64,000 bases of DNA from Terriglobia bacterium (GTDB lineage Bacteria; Acidobacteriota; Terriglobia; 20CM-2-55-15): NCBI GenBank assembly GCA_965198265.1, contig CBDAPB010000032.1:194557-258556 (forward strand). The letters are read 5' to 3'. Shown one piece after another: positions 35,982 to 46,248 of this stretch. Below the pieces are notes generated by a model. That model searched no databases and had not been told where the DNA came from. It saw only the letters and a program-made list of their open reading frames with translations. Position 1 is the stretch's first letter. The number at the start of each line of letters is the position of its first letter. The translations under genes were made by a program, and so were the position numbers.

Positions 35982-37382
35982 GTGCACCCCCGGAATGCCC
36001 CGAACCATCGCATGCTCGCCCTCAGCCTGGCCTGCCTCGCCGTTTTCCTCTTTGCCTGGCTCCAGTACCAACGGGCAAGCCCGGGCGCGGAAACTGGGAT
36101 TCTTCCAATCAACCCGGCCACCCCTTATATTCGATTCTCGCCCGATTCGTCGCCGGCCGCCACGGTGATCCTGGTTCACGGGCTCAACAGCAACAAGGAG
36201 TTCATGCAGAGCTTTGGCATGGCGCTCGCCGAGTCCGGCTTCCAGGTCTATGCCTTCGACCTTCCGGGCCATGGTGACTCAGGTGAGCCATTCACCTTCG
36301 AGCTCAGCTCTCTTGCCGTCGAGCGTGTCATCGACCACATTGGCGGCAAACCCCTGCTGGTAGGGCATTCGCTAGGCGGTGCGCTGCTTATTGATCTGGC
36401 GCCAACCCGCGCCCTGGAAACGATGGTGTTGCTCTCTCCAGCACCGGTGGCGGTCGAGGCCCTGGAAGTGGGCCGCATCCTTGTCGTCACCGGCGATCTC
36501 GACGCTCCCCGCATCAACGAGTTCGTGCCGCGACTCATGGACGCGGCTGGAACAGCAGGCGTGTGGTGGAAATTCCCCTACGCCGCCCATTCATCCGCGT
36601 TGTTCGATCCTTCCAAGATGGGCATGATTGTTGGCTGGATGGGAGGGGCCGACGATTCGATCCGGGCCGTCGGGCGGTACGTCTGGCTTGCGGTGATGGC
36701 CGCAGCAGGCTTGATCGCCGCGGCGGCCCTCGTTCCGAAACCGTTGTCCCCGCCGGCGGGGATTGTCAGCGTCGATCCGCGGTGGATGGTCGTGTCGTAC
36801 GTGGCTGCCGCCGCGGGAGCACTGATCGTCCTACGTTTCATCGTCCCGTTGGCCTGGATGGGCATTTTCGCGGCAGACTACCTGATGAGCTTCGTGCTCC
36901 TGACGGGCTTATTCCTGTGGCGGGGCCGCAGGTTTCGCATCAGCCGGCGGGGCATTGTCGTCAGCTTGATTGCTGTCGCCTACGTGATCGTCGTCTTCGT
37001 ACTCGGCATCGGGGAGCGACTCTTCCACGTGGTCCCGTCCGGGGAGCAGTGGTTTCGGATCCCGATCCTCGCTGCGGTCAGCTTCCCTGTCTTCCTGTCC
37101 GACGAGCAGTCCCTGCGCGGGGGCCTTTACGGCTGGCGTCGTGTTGCAACTTTTTTCCTGACCCGCCTCATCCTGTGGGCCGCGATCCTGACCGGCGTTC
37201 TGCTGCTCAACGAGTCCAGTTCTTTTCTCGTCCTGATCACGCACTTCATCGTCGTTTTCTGGCTGGTACTGTGGTGGATGGCGGGCTTCGTTCATCGCGC
37301 GACTACGGAACCAGCGGCGGCGGCCCTATTCGCCGCGCTCGTGCAGGGCTGGGCGTTTAGCGCCTTGTTTGTTACGATCTGA
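35982..37382 (+). CDS. Fusion protein: N-terminal alpha/beta-hydrolase (GHSLGG) plus C-terminal polytopic membrane domain
   Basis: Transmembrane helix at the N-terminus, hydrolase fold with nucleophile elbow, then about 8 predicted transmembrane helices. The start may be 36012. Confidence 0.7.
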   Translation: MHPRNAPNHRMLALSLACLAVFLFAWLQYQRASPGAETGILPINPATPYIRFSPDSSPAATVILVHGLNSNKEFMQSFGMALAESGFQVYAFDLPGHGDSGEPFTFELSSLAVERVIDHIGGKPLLVGHSLGGALLIDLAPTRALETMVLLSPAPVAVEALEVGRILVVTGDLDAPRINEFVPRLMDAAGTAGVWWKFPYAAHSSALFDPSKMGMIVGWMGGADDSIRAVGRYVWLAVMAAAGLIAAAALVPKPLSPPAGIVSVDPRWMVVSYVAAAAGALIVLRFIVPLAWMGIFAADYLMSFVLLTGLFLWRGRRFRISRRGIVVSLIAVAYVIVVFVLGIGERLFHVVPSGEQWFRIPILAAVSFPVFLSDEQSLRGGLYGWRRVATFFLTRLILWAAILTGVLLLNESSSFLVLITHFIVVFWLVLWWMAGFVHRATTEPAAAALFAALVQGWAFSALFVTI

Positions 37383-37397
37383 ACCTGCTGAAAGAAT

Positions 37398-38771
37398 GTG
37401 GCGGAGGATGTCTTGCGCATGATTCGTTTCGCTTACGGACTGTCCCTGCTGTCGTTTGCGACGGCCGCACCCCTCGGAGCCCAGACGCTGGACACCCCGT
37501 CGATGCCGGCCCCGCTCACCTACGAGGAACACCGACTCGAAAACGGACTGACGGTGGTCACCCACGAGGACCGGTCCACTCCAGTCGTCAACCTGCAGCT
37601 CTGGTACCACGTCGGCTCGAAGAACGAAAGGGAAGGACGAACAGGGTTCGCCCATCTCTTTGAGCACCTGATGTTCAAGGGCTCCGCCAACGTCGCTCCG
37701 GAACAGCACGCCGAGTTCATCACCGGGGTCGGAGGAATCTCGAATGCGTACACGACAGATGACGCTACCGTGTACTGGGAGACGGTCCCGTCCAACTACC
37801 TCGAGAGGATCCTCTGGCTCGAAGCGGACCGGATGCAGACGCTCGACGTTTCGGAAGACAACTTCACCTCCGAGCGCGAGGTCGTCAAAGAAGAACGGCG
37901 TGTGCGTGTAGAGAGCCCGCCCTACGGGGACCTCTTCGAGATGCTGTACGCCGCCGCCTTCGACGAGCACCCGTACCGACATCTGCCGATCGGCAGCATG
38001 GAAGACCTGAGCGCAGCGACGATCGAAGACGTGCTGGACTTCTACGAGTTGTACTACAGGCCGGGCAACGCGTACCTTGTGCTTGCCGGGGACTTCGAAA
38101 CCGCGCAGGCCATGGAATGGGTCGAACAGTATTTCGGATCGATACCCGCAGGCGAGAGTGAGGTCCCACGGGTGACCCTCCGCGAGCCGGAACATCACGA
38201 AGAGCGGCGCATCGAGCGGCGCAAAGCGGTCCCGTTGCCGGCGTACGTCGCGGGATACTACATTCCGCACGATGGGCACCCGGATTCCTATCCCTTGACG
38301 CTGGCATCGAGCATCCTGTCGGAAGGCCGCAGTTCCCGGGTTTACCAGTCGCTCGTGTATGAGAAGCAGCTTGCCCTGCAGGCCAGCGCGTACTCGAGTG
38401 TCCGGGAGCATCCGAACCTGTTCATGGCGATCCTGATCATGAACCGAGGCGCCTCACTCGAAGAAGGAGAAGCTGCCCTGGACGCAGAATTCCAGAGGAT
38501 GATGACCGAGCCGGTCACCGATGACGAACTCGAGAAAGCCAAGAATCAGATCCGGTCGTCCTACATCATGGGCCGCCAGACGGTCCGGAACAAGGCAGAC
38601 GCGCTGGCTCATGCCGCCGTCATCCATCAGGACACAGCGACCGCCGTGGACGAGTTCGAGCTGTTCATGAAAGTCACCAAAGAAGACATCATGCGCGTCA
38701 TCGGGAAGTATCTGGACCCGGCCAACCGCACGGTGGTCACGGTGCTCCCGCCGACACCGGGTCGGCAATAG
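37398..38771 (+). CDS. M16 family zinc peptidase (active subunit, HxxEH)
   Basis: HLFEHLMFKGS inverzincin motif and signal peptide. Confidence 0.9.
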   Translation: MAEDVLRMIRFAYGLSLLSFATAAPLGAQTLDTPSMPAPLTYEEHRLENGLTVVTHEDRSTPVVNLQLWYHVGSKNEREGRTGFAHLFEHLMFKGSANVAPEQHAEFITGVGGISNAYTTDDATVYWETVPSNYLERILWLEADRMQTLDVSEDNFTSEREVVKEERRVRVESPPYGDLFEMLYAAAFDEHPYRHLPIGSMEDLSAATIEDVLDFYELYYRPGNAYLVLAGDFETAQAMEWVEQYFGSIPAGESEVPRVTLREPEHHEERRIERRKAVPLPAYVAGYYIPHDGHPDSYPLTLASSILSEGRSSRVYQSLVYEKQLALQASAYSSVREHPNLFMAILIMNRGASLEEGEAALDAEFQRMMTEPVTDDELEKAKNQIRSSYIMGRQTVRNKADALAHAAVIHQDTATAVDEFELFMKVTKEDIMRVIGKYLDPANRTVVTVLPPTPGRQ

Positions 38772-38786
38772 AAGGAACGAACAAAC

Positions 38787-40235
38787 ATGCGAAGCCTGAC
38801 GATCTTGACATCCGCGCTGGCCTTGCTGCTGGCGGGGGCGTCGGAAATTTCCGCCCAGAGGCAGAACCCGCCCGACGCCCAACCGCTGGCGAAGGTGGAG
38901 TTCCCACCATACGAAGAACGGCTCCTCGACAACGGGCTTCGCGTCTTTGCCCTCGAACACGACGAGCAACCGCTCCTGTCGGTTCAGCTCGTGATCGGAG
39001 GAGGCGGTGTCAACGACCCGGCGGATCTGCCGGGTCTGGCGACGTTCACCACGGCTCTTCTCGATACCGGAACCACGACTAGGTCGGCGCAGGAAATCGC
39101 GGAATCGGTCGACATGGCAGGAGGCGATTTGTCGACGCGGGCGGCGCGGGAAGCCATCATCGTCTCCGCCTCCGTGTTGAAAGACAGTACGGATCTGGCT
39201 TTCGAACTGATGACCGACATCGTGATGAACCCCGCCTTTGCTCCCGGGGAGATCGAGCGCCTCAGACAACAGTCGGGATCGGGACTGGTCGCCAATCTGC
39301 AGGATCCGGATTTCATCGCCGACGCGGCGTTCATCGTCGCGCTCTACGGGACGCACCCGTACGCCCATCCCGCCGACGGCACGATGGATTCAATCGGGCG
39401 CATCCAACGGGAAGATATCGTCCGCTTCCATGAAACCTACTTCGCTCCCAACACGTCCGCGCTGGCGATCGCTGGAGACGTGACACCAGAAGAGGCCTTC
39501 GCGCTCGCCGAGGAGTGGTTCGGGGAGTGGGCGCGGAAGGAGGTCCCCACTCCGGATGTGACCAAACTGGATGAATTCGAAGGCCCCAAGATCGTCGTGA
39601 TCGACAACCCCGACAGCGTCCAGACCGAGATCCGGATCGGACAAGTGACGGTTGCGCGCAAGGATCCGGACTATTTTCCAGTGCTGATCGGGTCTTATGT
39701 GCTGGGTGGAGCGTCCGGGCGGCTGATGGAATCGCTGCGCGTCGAGCGCGGTCTCACCTACGGCGCATACGAAACCATCATCCCGCGCAAGGGCCCCGGC
39801 GGCCTCTACGCGTTGACTGAAACCCGGACCGAGGCGACCGGAGAAGCCGTCCGGCTCATCCTCGATGAAATCGAACGACTGCGGCAGGAGCGGGTTCCCG
39901 AGGACGAGCTGGAAAAAGTCAAAGCGTTCGTGATCGGAAGCTTCCCTCTGACCATCGAAACGCCTGCGGACCTGGCCACGCGGCTCGCAAACATCAGCGT
40001 ATTCGACCTAGGCGACGACTACCTGGCGACCTACCGCGACAAGCTTGCGGCGATCACCTCCGAAGACATCGCTCGCGTGGCGCGGGAGCGGATCACCTCC
40101 GAAGACATCGTCATTCTGCTCGTCGGGAACGCCGAGACGTTCCTCGAAGAGATCGAAGAGTTGGGTGCGGTCCAGGTGATACCGATGCCGATGCTCGACC
40201 TCGGTGTACCGTCGCTGACGAAATCCGACCAGTAG
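38787..40235 (+). CDS. M16 family peptidase, non-catalytic partner subunit
   Basis: M16 fold without HxxEH, signal peptide, paired with the upstream gene. Confidence 0.85.
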   Translation: MRSLTILTSALALLLAGASEISAQRQNPPDAQPLAKVEFPPYEERLLDNGLRVFALEHDEQPLLSVQLVIGGGGVNDPADLPGLATFTTALLDTGTTTRSAQEIAESVDMAGGDLSTRAAREAIIVSASVLKDSTDLAFELMTDIVMNPAFAPGEIERLRQQSGSGLVANLQDPDFIADAAFIVALYGTHPYAHPADGTMDSIGRIQREDIVRFHETYFAPNTSALAIAGDVTPEEAFALAEEWFGEWARKEVPTPDVTKLDEFEGPKIVVIDNPDSVQTEIRIGQVTVARKDPDYFPVLIGSYVLGGASGRLMESLRVERGLTYGAYETIIPRKGPGGLYALTETRTEATGEAVRLILDEIERLRQERVPEDELEKVKAFVIGSFPLTIETPADLATRLANISVFDLGDDYLATYRDKLAAITSEDIARVARERITSEDIVILLVGNAETFLEEIEELGAVQVIPMPMLDLGVPSLTKSDQ

Positions 40236-40287
40236 GAAGCGCGACGGTCTCGAAGTCCAAGGCCGCCAGTCCGCCGGAGAACCGCAC

Positions 40288-41181
40288 GTGAACATCAAAG
40301 ACATTCGCCATGTAGGATTGCTATCCCCGCACGTCAGTCCCCACTCGGAGTTTTACCTGCAAGTCTGGGGACTCGAATCGGCTGGAGAAGACCGGCACGC
40401 ACGCTACTTTCGGGGGGCATCCGCCGAGAACCACCTTCTCAGCCTGCATCCGGGCGATCGTCGTGGACTCCACCACCTGGCTTTCAGCGTCGATGGACAC
40501 GACGAGGTGGATGCTGCTGCCGCCGAGCTGGAACGACAGGGAATCGTCCTCGTGTCGGGGCCCGAAGAGCTGGATGAAGTCGGGGGCGGGTATGGAGTGC
40601 GATTTCTGGATCCGGAGAACCGATGCGTCGAGCTCTCGACCGATGTGGCCGAACACCAGAACGGTTGGCGACCCCAGCGCGTCGAGCCGCGCCGGTTGTG
40701 TCACGTTGTCCTGAACACGGCGCAGTTCGAAGAGATCGTAGACTTCTACACCGACGTCCTGGGTTTCCGCGTGTCGGACTGGAGTGAGAACCAGATGGCA
40801 TTCCTCAGGTGCAGTCCGAAGCATCACGTGGTTTCATTCAACCGGGCCGACCATGCATCGGTCAATCACGTCGCGTACATGATGGCGGACGTGGACGGTG
40901 TGATGAGGGGGCTTGCCAAGCTTCGCACTCACGGACAGGAACCCGACTGGGGCCCTGGACGTCATGGCCCCGGCAATAATATTTTCTGTTACTACAAGGA
41001 TCCCGTGGGTTACGTCTCCGAGTACACGAGTGACATGGACTACATCGAGGACGAAGCCACCCACGAACCCTCCGTGTGGGAGCGGGTCCCGGATCAGATG
41101 GATCGATGGGGCACCGCGGGGCCACCCAGCGCCGATATCCGGAAGGCGATGGCGGGGGACCCTGATCCCGGGTGGGTATAG
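40288..41181 (+). CDS. VOC-family extradiol ring-cleavage dioxygenase (catechol 2,3-dioxygenase-like, two glyoxalase modules)
   Basis: Two VOC repeats, each with HLAF / HVAY His motifs. Confidence 0.8.
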   Translation: MNIKDIRHVGLLSPHVSPHSEFYLQVWGLESAGEDRHARYFRGASAENHLLSLHPGDRRGLHHLAFSVDGHDEVDAAAAELERQGIVLVSGPEELDEVGGGYGVRFLDPENRCVELSTDVAEHQNGWRPQRVEPRRLCHVVLNTAQFEEIVDFYTDVLGFRVSDWSENQMAFLRCSPKHHVVSFNRADHASVNHVAYMMADVDGVMRGLAKLRTHGQEPDWGPGRHGPGNNIFCYYKDPVGYVSEYTSDMDYIEDEATHEPSVWERVPDQMDRWGTAGPPSADIRKAMAGDPDPGWV

Positions 41182-41367
41182 CCTGGGAGGCTGGCCTCCC
41201 AGGGTCAATCTTCAATCTCGAATCTCGAATCGCCAACTGTCCAATGCGGAATCTCAGATAGAAAAATCTGCAATGCAATTCGCTCAAGCCGCGGCCGCGT
41301 CATCGCAGATTGACTATCGGAAGTTCCGCAATGGAAATTTGAGATTGTAGACTTCAGATTTTTTCGA

Positions 41368-41910
41368 TTGCCCATCCCGAGCCTTAATAGAATAAAGCTA
41401 CTAACGAGGAAAGACATGGAAGAGGGAACCAGGATAGAGGACATCGACAACTGGATTGCGAAGCTCGGAAACCGTGATTTCGACTGGGACGCCCTGGGGT
41501 TTCAAGCCGAAGTGCATCCCAAGTACCGGAGGGCCCAGATCCGGTACCTCGGAGGAGGAGGTACCGGGAAACACGACGACCCCAACGTCGTCAAGGCCCA
41601 GCATTTCACGCTGAGCACGATGCTGTTGCCACCCGGGAGCGAAGGGCCGCTCCACCTGCACAGCGATGTCGAGGAGGTCTTCTTCGTCCTGGAGGGGAAG
41701 GTCACGTGCACATGGGCGGAGGACGGCAGAGAAGTCGAGCGCACCCTGGGACCGCGCGACATGATCTGCACGCCAGCGGGCGTCTATCGCGGTATCCGTA
41801 ACGACGGGGACACCGATGTCTTGATGCTCGTGATGCTGGGCACCGGGCGGCCACAGCTGCCGACCTACCCCGAAGGCAGCCCGCTGATCGAGGCCCGGAA
41901 GAATAAATAG
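41368..41910 (+). CDS. Cupin domain protein
   Basis: GPLHLHSDVEEVFFVLEG cupin motif. The start may be the internal Met at 41416. Confidence 0.6.
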   Translation: MPIPSLNRIKLLTRKDMEEGTRIEDIDNWIAKLGNRDFDWDALGFQAEVHPKYRRAQIRYLGGGGTGKHDDPNVVKAQHFTLSTMLLPPGSEGPLHLHSDVEEVFFVLEGKVTCTWAEDGREVERTLGPRDMICTPAGVYRGIRNDGDTDVLMLVMLGTGRPQLPTYPEGSPLIEARKNK

Positions 41911-41931
41911 ACGATTCTGAGGTTAATCCGG

Positions 41932-42687
41932 TTGGGCAGGCACGAAGGGAAACACATCATCGTCACCGGCGCGGGTCGCGGCCTCGGCCTTGCCTATGCC
42001 AAACGCCTCGCCTCAGAGGGTGCCGTTGTCGGCATCGCCGAGATCGATCCGGATCGAGGCGAAGCTGCTCTGGCGGCTCTCCGCGGTGCCGGTGCCCGGG
42101 CCGATTTCTGCCGGACCGACATCTCCTCGGAATCGTCCACCGCAGAAATGGCATCTCATTTCATCGGGGCTTGGGGTCGGATCGACGGGCTCGTCACGAA
42201 CGCAGCGCTCGCGGACTCGGTCGGAGGATCGCTCTTCGACGAATTGACCGTCGAGGAATGGGACCGAATCATGGCGGTGAACGTACGCGGCACATGGCTC
42301 ACTTGCCGGGCGGTCGCCCCATTGATGAAGGAACGCAAACAGGGCAGCATCGTGACCGTCGGTTCCGACACTGCGCTTTGGGGGAGTCCAAGGTTGCTGC
42401 ACTACGTCACGAGCAAGGGCGCAATCGTCGCCTTCACACGCGCGATGGCCCGAGAGCTCGGCGACGCCGGCGTACGCATCAATTGTGTCGCGCCGGGCCT
42501 CGTTCGCAACGAAGCAACTGCGGGGGTTCCCGAGGTCAAGCACGAATGGAATGTACGGGAGCGCTCGATCCCCAGGGAGTCCTCCGAAGACGATATCGTC
42601 GGTACCGTCTCGTTCCTCCTGTCCGACGACGCCGCGTTCATCACGGGCCAGCTGATCGTCGTCGACGGGGGACTGGTCTTCCACTGA
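41932..42687 (+). CDS. SDR family oxidoreductase
   Basis: TGAGRGLG Rossmann motif, Y...K active site, NAA motif. Confidence 0.85.
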   Translation: MGRHEGKHIIVTGAGRGLGLAYAKRLASEGAVVGIAEIDPDRGEAALAALRGAGARADFCRTDISSESSTAEMASHFIGAWGRIDGLVTNAALADSVGGSLFDELTVEEWDRIMAVNVRGTWLTCRAVAPLMKERKQGSIVTVGSDTALWGSPRLLHYVTSKGAIVAFTRAMARELGDAGVRINCVAPGLVRNEATAGVPEVKHEWNVRERSIPRESSEDDIVGTVSFLLSDDAAFITGQLIVVDGGLVFH

Positions 42688-42717
42688 GCGCCGTGATAAA
42701 AAAAACCGTCGGCGGAG

Positions 42718-43769
42718 TGATGGCAGAACCCACACAATTCGGTTTCGACGTCGAACTTCGAGACGGGATAACAGACCTCTGGTACCCGATCTGCAAATCC
42801 GGCGACGTCGGGAAGAAACCGCTCGGAGTGTCCCGCCTTGGACACGACGTCGTTGTCTGGCGCCCCTCTTCCGGCAAGATCCATGTGCAGGATGACACAT
42901 GCCTGCATCGGGGTGCCCGGCTCAGCAAAGGAGACATCTCCGGTGAGATCCTGAGTTGTGGCTACCACGGCTGGAGTTACGACGGTGCCGGTCGCTGCGT
43001 TCAAATCCCGACGAGCCGCAACGCGAATGAATCCCTGGCTCCACGGCTACAACTTCAGACGTACGACAGCCAGGAACGCGCCGGCCTCGTGTGGGCTTAC
43101 TTTGCCGAGGATCATGCGGCACCTGTTCCGGCTCTCGTGATCCCGGAGGAGCTGGAAGCCCCCGGATGGAGCGGGTTCATCTGCGAAGTGGTCTGGGACG
43201 TGAACTGGATCCTAATCCTCGAGAATCTGGCTGACCCGATGCACGGTCCCTTTCTTCATGGAAAGTCGTTCACCCTGCGCCGGGGTGCGCTCGCCGACGA
43301 CATGCGCGTCATCAGCAACGATGACGGATTCAAGGTCGAACGGACCGGCCAGAAGGGGGTGAACTTCGATTGGGCGGAATTCTATTGGTCGGGAACTCTC
43401 TGGGTCCGCCTCGACATCCCTCTGCCGTGGGGCCCGAAGGGCACCCTGCGCATCATTGGAATGGTCACCCCGATCGATGGACAGTCCTCTCTGGTCTACT
43501 TCCTTCGGTACCGCCGGCTATCCGGCCTGAAGAAGGCCTACTGGCGGCTCATGTACCGATACTTCTGGGAGCGACAGCACGCGTGGGTCATCGACCAGGA
43601 CCGCGTCATCCTCAAATCGCAGCGGGGCGCTCGATCGCGCGGCGCCGAACATCTGGCCAATTCCGACCGCGGCGTCAACGAGCTCCGACGCTTCCTGCGT
43701 GACTGCGTGGCCGCTCGAGGGGCGTCCGGCAACGGAAATGCCATCAACGATGCGGGAGCACGGCAGTAG
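42718..43769 (+). CDS. Rieske [2Fe-2S] non-heme iron oxygenase, alpha-subunit-like
   Basis: CLHRGARL...CGYHGWSY Rieske motif. The ORF track's 5' extension was rejected because it overlaps the SDR gene. Confidence 0.85.
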
Positions 43770-44563
43770 TGGCATCGGTTGCGCTGGAACGACACACCCT
43801 CACGTATGAGATCGCGGGAGAGGGGCCGGCGCTGGTGCTGCTCCACGGTATCGGGTCCAACCGCCTTTCATGGAAGCGTCAGCTGGCGGGTTTGTCCGCG
43901 GACTTCACGGTCCTCGCGTGGGATGCGCCGGGGTACGGGCTATCCTCGGATGCGGTTTCCGAAATTCCGAACATCGAAGAATACGCCGGCTGTGTCGCCG
44001 CATGGCTCGTCGAGCTGAAGCTGGGCCCCGTACATCTGCTGGGACATTCGCTGGGCGGGATCATCGCCCAGGAAACCTACAAGACCCACCCGGACGTCGT
44101 CAGGACGTTGATACTGGCGGACACGTCCCGCGGCGGCGGCGCGGAAGAAGCGCCGCTCCGGAAGGAAAAACTCGCCAAGAGATTGGAGATGATCGAAAAG
44201 CTCGGTCCGGAAGGGCTGGCGGCGGAACGAACCCCGGAGCTGCTTTCGACCGACGTTCCGGACGAGATCCTGGAAGAAGCCGTCTCGATAATGGCTCAGG
44301 TCCGTCCTTCTGGGTACCGCTTCGCGGCGGGCGCGCTCGCGGAGGCCGACGAACGCGACATTCTCCGCAAGATCTCAGTTCCCACGCTGCTCGTCTGGGC
44401 GGCCAACGATCGCGTGATTCCGCGCTCTGAAGTGGAGGCGATGCGGAAACTGTTGCCGGACGCGCGTTTCGAGGTCATCCCCGACGCCGGACATCTTTGC
44501 TACCAGGAAAACCCGGTGGTCTTCAACGCATTGGTGCGCGATTTCTGTCTCTCGCACTCTTGA
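43769..44563 (+). CDS. Alpha/beta hydrolase (meta-cleavage-product hydrolase / enol-lactonase-like)
   Basis: GHSLGG nucleophile elbow and catalytic-triad spacing. Confidence 0.85.
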   Translation: MASVALERHTLTYEIAGEGPALVLLHGIGSNRLSWKRQLAGLSADFTVLAWDAPGYGLSSDAVSEIPNIEEYAGCVAAWLVELKLGPVHLLGHSLGGIIAQETYKTHPDVVRTLILADTSRGGGAEEAPLRKEKLAKRLEMIEKLGPEGLAAERTPELLSTDVPDEILEEAVSIMAQVRPSGYRFAAGALAEADERDILRKISVPTLLVWAANDRVIPRSEVEAMRKLLPDARFEVIPDAGHLCYQENPVVFNALVRDFCLSHS

Positions 44564-44575
44564 GCACTCCCGACG

Positions 44576-46243
44576 ATGTCTCGACACACCGTAAGCGACG
44601 CGATCATTTCGGACCTGGCGGCCCTCGGTGTGGACGCCGTCTTCGGCATCACCAGCATCCATAACCTGCCCATCTACGATGCGCTGCATCGCCACGGGGG
44701 CTTCAGGGTCGTGACCGCCAGGAGCGAGGGCGGTGCCGTCAACATGGCCGACGCATACGCACGAGTTTCCGGCAGGCTGGGTGTCGTGCTCACAAGCACG
44801 GGCACCGGAGCCGGGAACGGTGCGGGAGCCCTCATCGAAGCCGCCACGGCCGGATCGCCACTCCTCCACATCACCGGACAAGTGGATTCGGTCTTCATCG
44901 AATCGGGCCGGGGCTACATTCATGAGTTCGAAGGCCAGTTGCCGATGCTCAAAGCCCTGAGCAAACAGGCGTTCCGCGTCCGGCGGGCGCCCCAGGCTCT
45001 CACCATCGTTCGAACGGCGATTTCGCGGGCGCTCGATCCGCCCTCTGGGCCCGTCAGCGTGGAGATTCCCATCGATTTCCAGGCCCAAACCGTCGAACGT
45101 TCCAAACTGGTGTGGTCTCGGCGCCCGCAGCGCGTCCCGGACCCGGAGCAAGTGCAGGCCGTGGTCGAGAAGCTGGTCATAGCCAGGCGACCCCTCATGT
45201 GGGCAGGCGGCGGGGTCATCCGGGCCGACGCGGCGCCTTCGCTGCGGGAGTTGGCCGAGTCTCTCGACGCGGGAGTCATCACGAGCCAGGCCGGACGTGG
45301 CGCGATCCCCGAGGACCATCCGCTATGTATCGGTCACTTTGCGACTTATCCGGAAGTGATAGAGCTGCTGGCGTCATCCGATCTCCTGCTCAGCGTCGGG
45401 GTCCGGTTCAGGGGAAACGAAACATCGAACTGGACGATGACGGTCCCGGCCGAACACATCGGAATCGACGTCGATGCCGCCGCGATCAACCGCAACTTCC
45501 CGCACTCTGAGAGCCTCGTCGGCGATGCTGCAATCCTCCTGCCGGCACTCGTCAAAGCCCTTGGCCGCAGGAGGGCGGCAGCGAAGCCCGATTTTCACGA
45601 AGAGGTGGAATCGGTTCGAACCGCAGTGCGGCAACGGCTGCGCGACACCCTCGGGCCCTGGGAGACGCTGCTGGATGCGGTCCGTGAAGGCTTACCCGAG
45701 GAGGCGATCGTCGTCCGGGACATCACGATTCCGAACACAACCTGGGGCAACCGGCTGATCGAGATCCTCCGGCCGCGAACCTCGGTGCACGCTTCGGGAG
45801 GGGGTATCGGGCAGGGCCTATCGATGGCGACCGGCGCACAGATCGCGGCACCCGACAGTCCGGTGGTCCTCTTCTGCGGAGATGGGGGCTTCCTTCTCAA
45901 GGTCGGGGATCTCGCAACTGTCCGGGAGGAACGCCTGCCGGTCGTGATCGTCCTCTACGATGATTCCGGTTACGGCGTCATCCGCAACATCCAGGACCAG
46001 TACCTCGATGGGCGGAAGATCGGGGCGGATCTATGGACTCCAGACTTCGTCCAGCTCGGAAAGGCCTTCGGCATACAGACCCACAGGGTCGAAAGCGCGG
46101 ACGCGTTGGGGGCCCGGCTGGGCGAGGCGATCGCTGCCCGGGAAGCGCGATTGATCGTGGTCGACTCCGACGCCATCGGGCCGATGGCGAAACCTTTCAG
46201 CGGCCCCCCGGGCGCAGGCCGGCTGCTGCAACCTCACGACTAA
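44576..46243 (+). CDS. Thiamine diphosphate-dependent enzyme (acetolactate synthase / benzoylformate decarboxylase family)
   Basis: TPP N-terminal, middle and C-terminal domains; GDGG motif. Confidence 0.85.
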   Translation: MSRHTVSDAIISDLAALGVDAVFGITSIHNLPIYDALHRHGGFRVVTARSEGGAVNMADAYARVSGRLGVVLTSTGTGAGNGAGALIEAATAGSPLLHITGQVDSVFIESGRGYIHEFEGQLPMLKALSKQAFRVRRAPQALTIVRTAISRALDPPSGPVSVEIPIDFQAQTVERSKLVWSRRPQRVPDPEQVQAVVEKLVIARRPLMWAGGGVIRADAAPSLRELAESLDAGVITSQAGRGAIPEDHPLCIGHFATYPEVIELLASSDLLLSVGVRFRGNETSNWTMTVPAEHIGIDVDAAAINRNFPHSESLVGDAAILLPALVKALGRRRAAAKPDFHEEVESVRTAVRQRLRDTLGPWETLLDAVREGLPEEAIVVRDITIPNTTWGNRLIEILRPRTSVHASGGGIGQGLSMATGAQIAAPDSPVVLFCGDGGFLLKVGDLATVREERLPVVIVLYDDSGYGVIRNIQDQYLDGRKIGADLWTPDFVQLGKAFGIQTHRVESADALGARLGEAIAAREARLIVVDSDAIGPMAKPFSGPPGAGRLLQPHD

Positions 46244-46248
46244 ATACG

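Noticed and set aside
42171-43769. A 532-aa ORF suggesting a long Rieske oxygenase
   Set aside because: The first 180 codons or so overlap the SDR gene in another frame and are Arg/Gly-rich junk. The conserved protein starts at MAEPTQF (42718).
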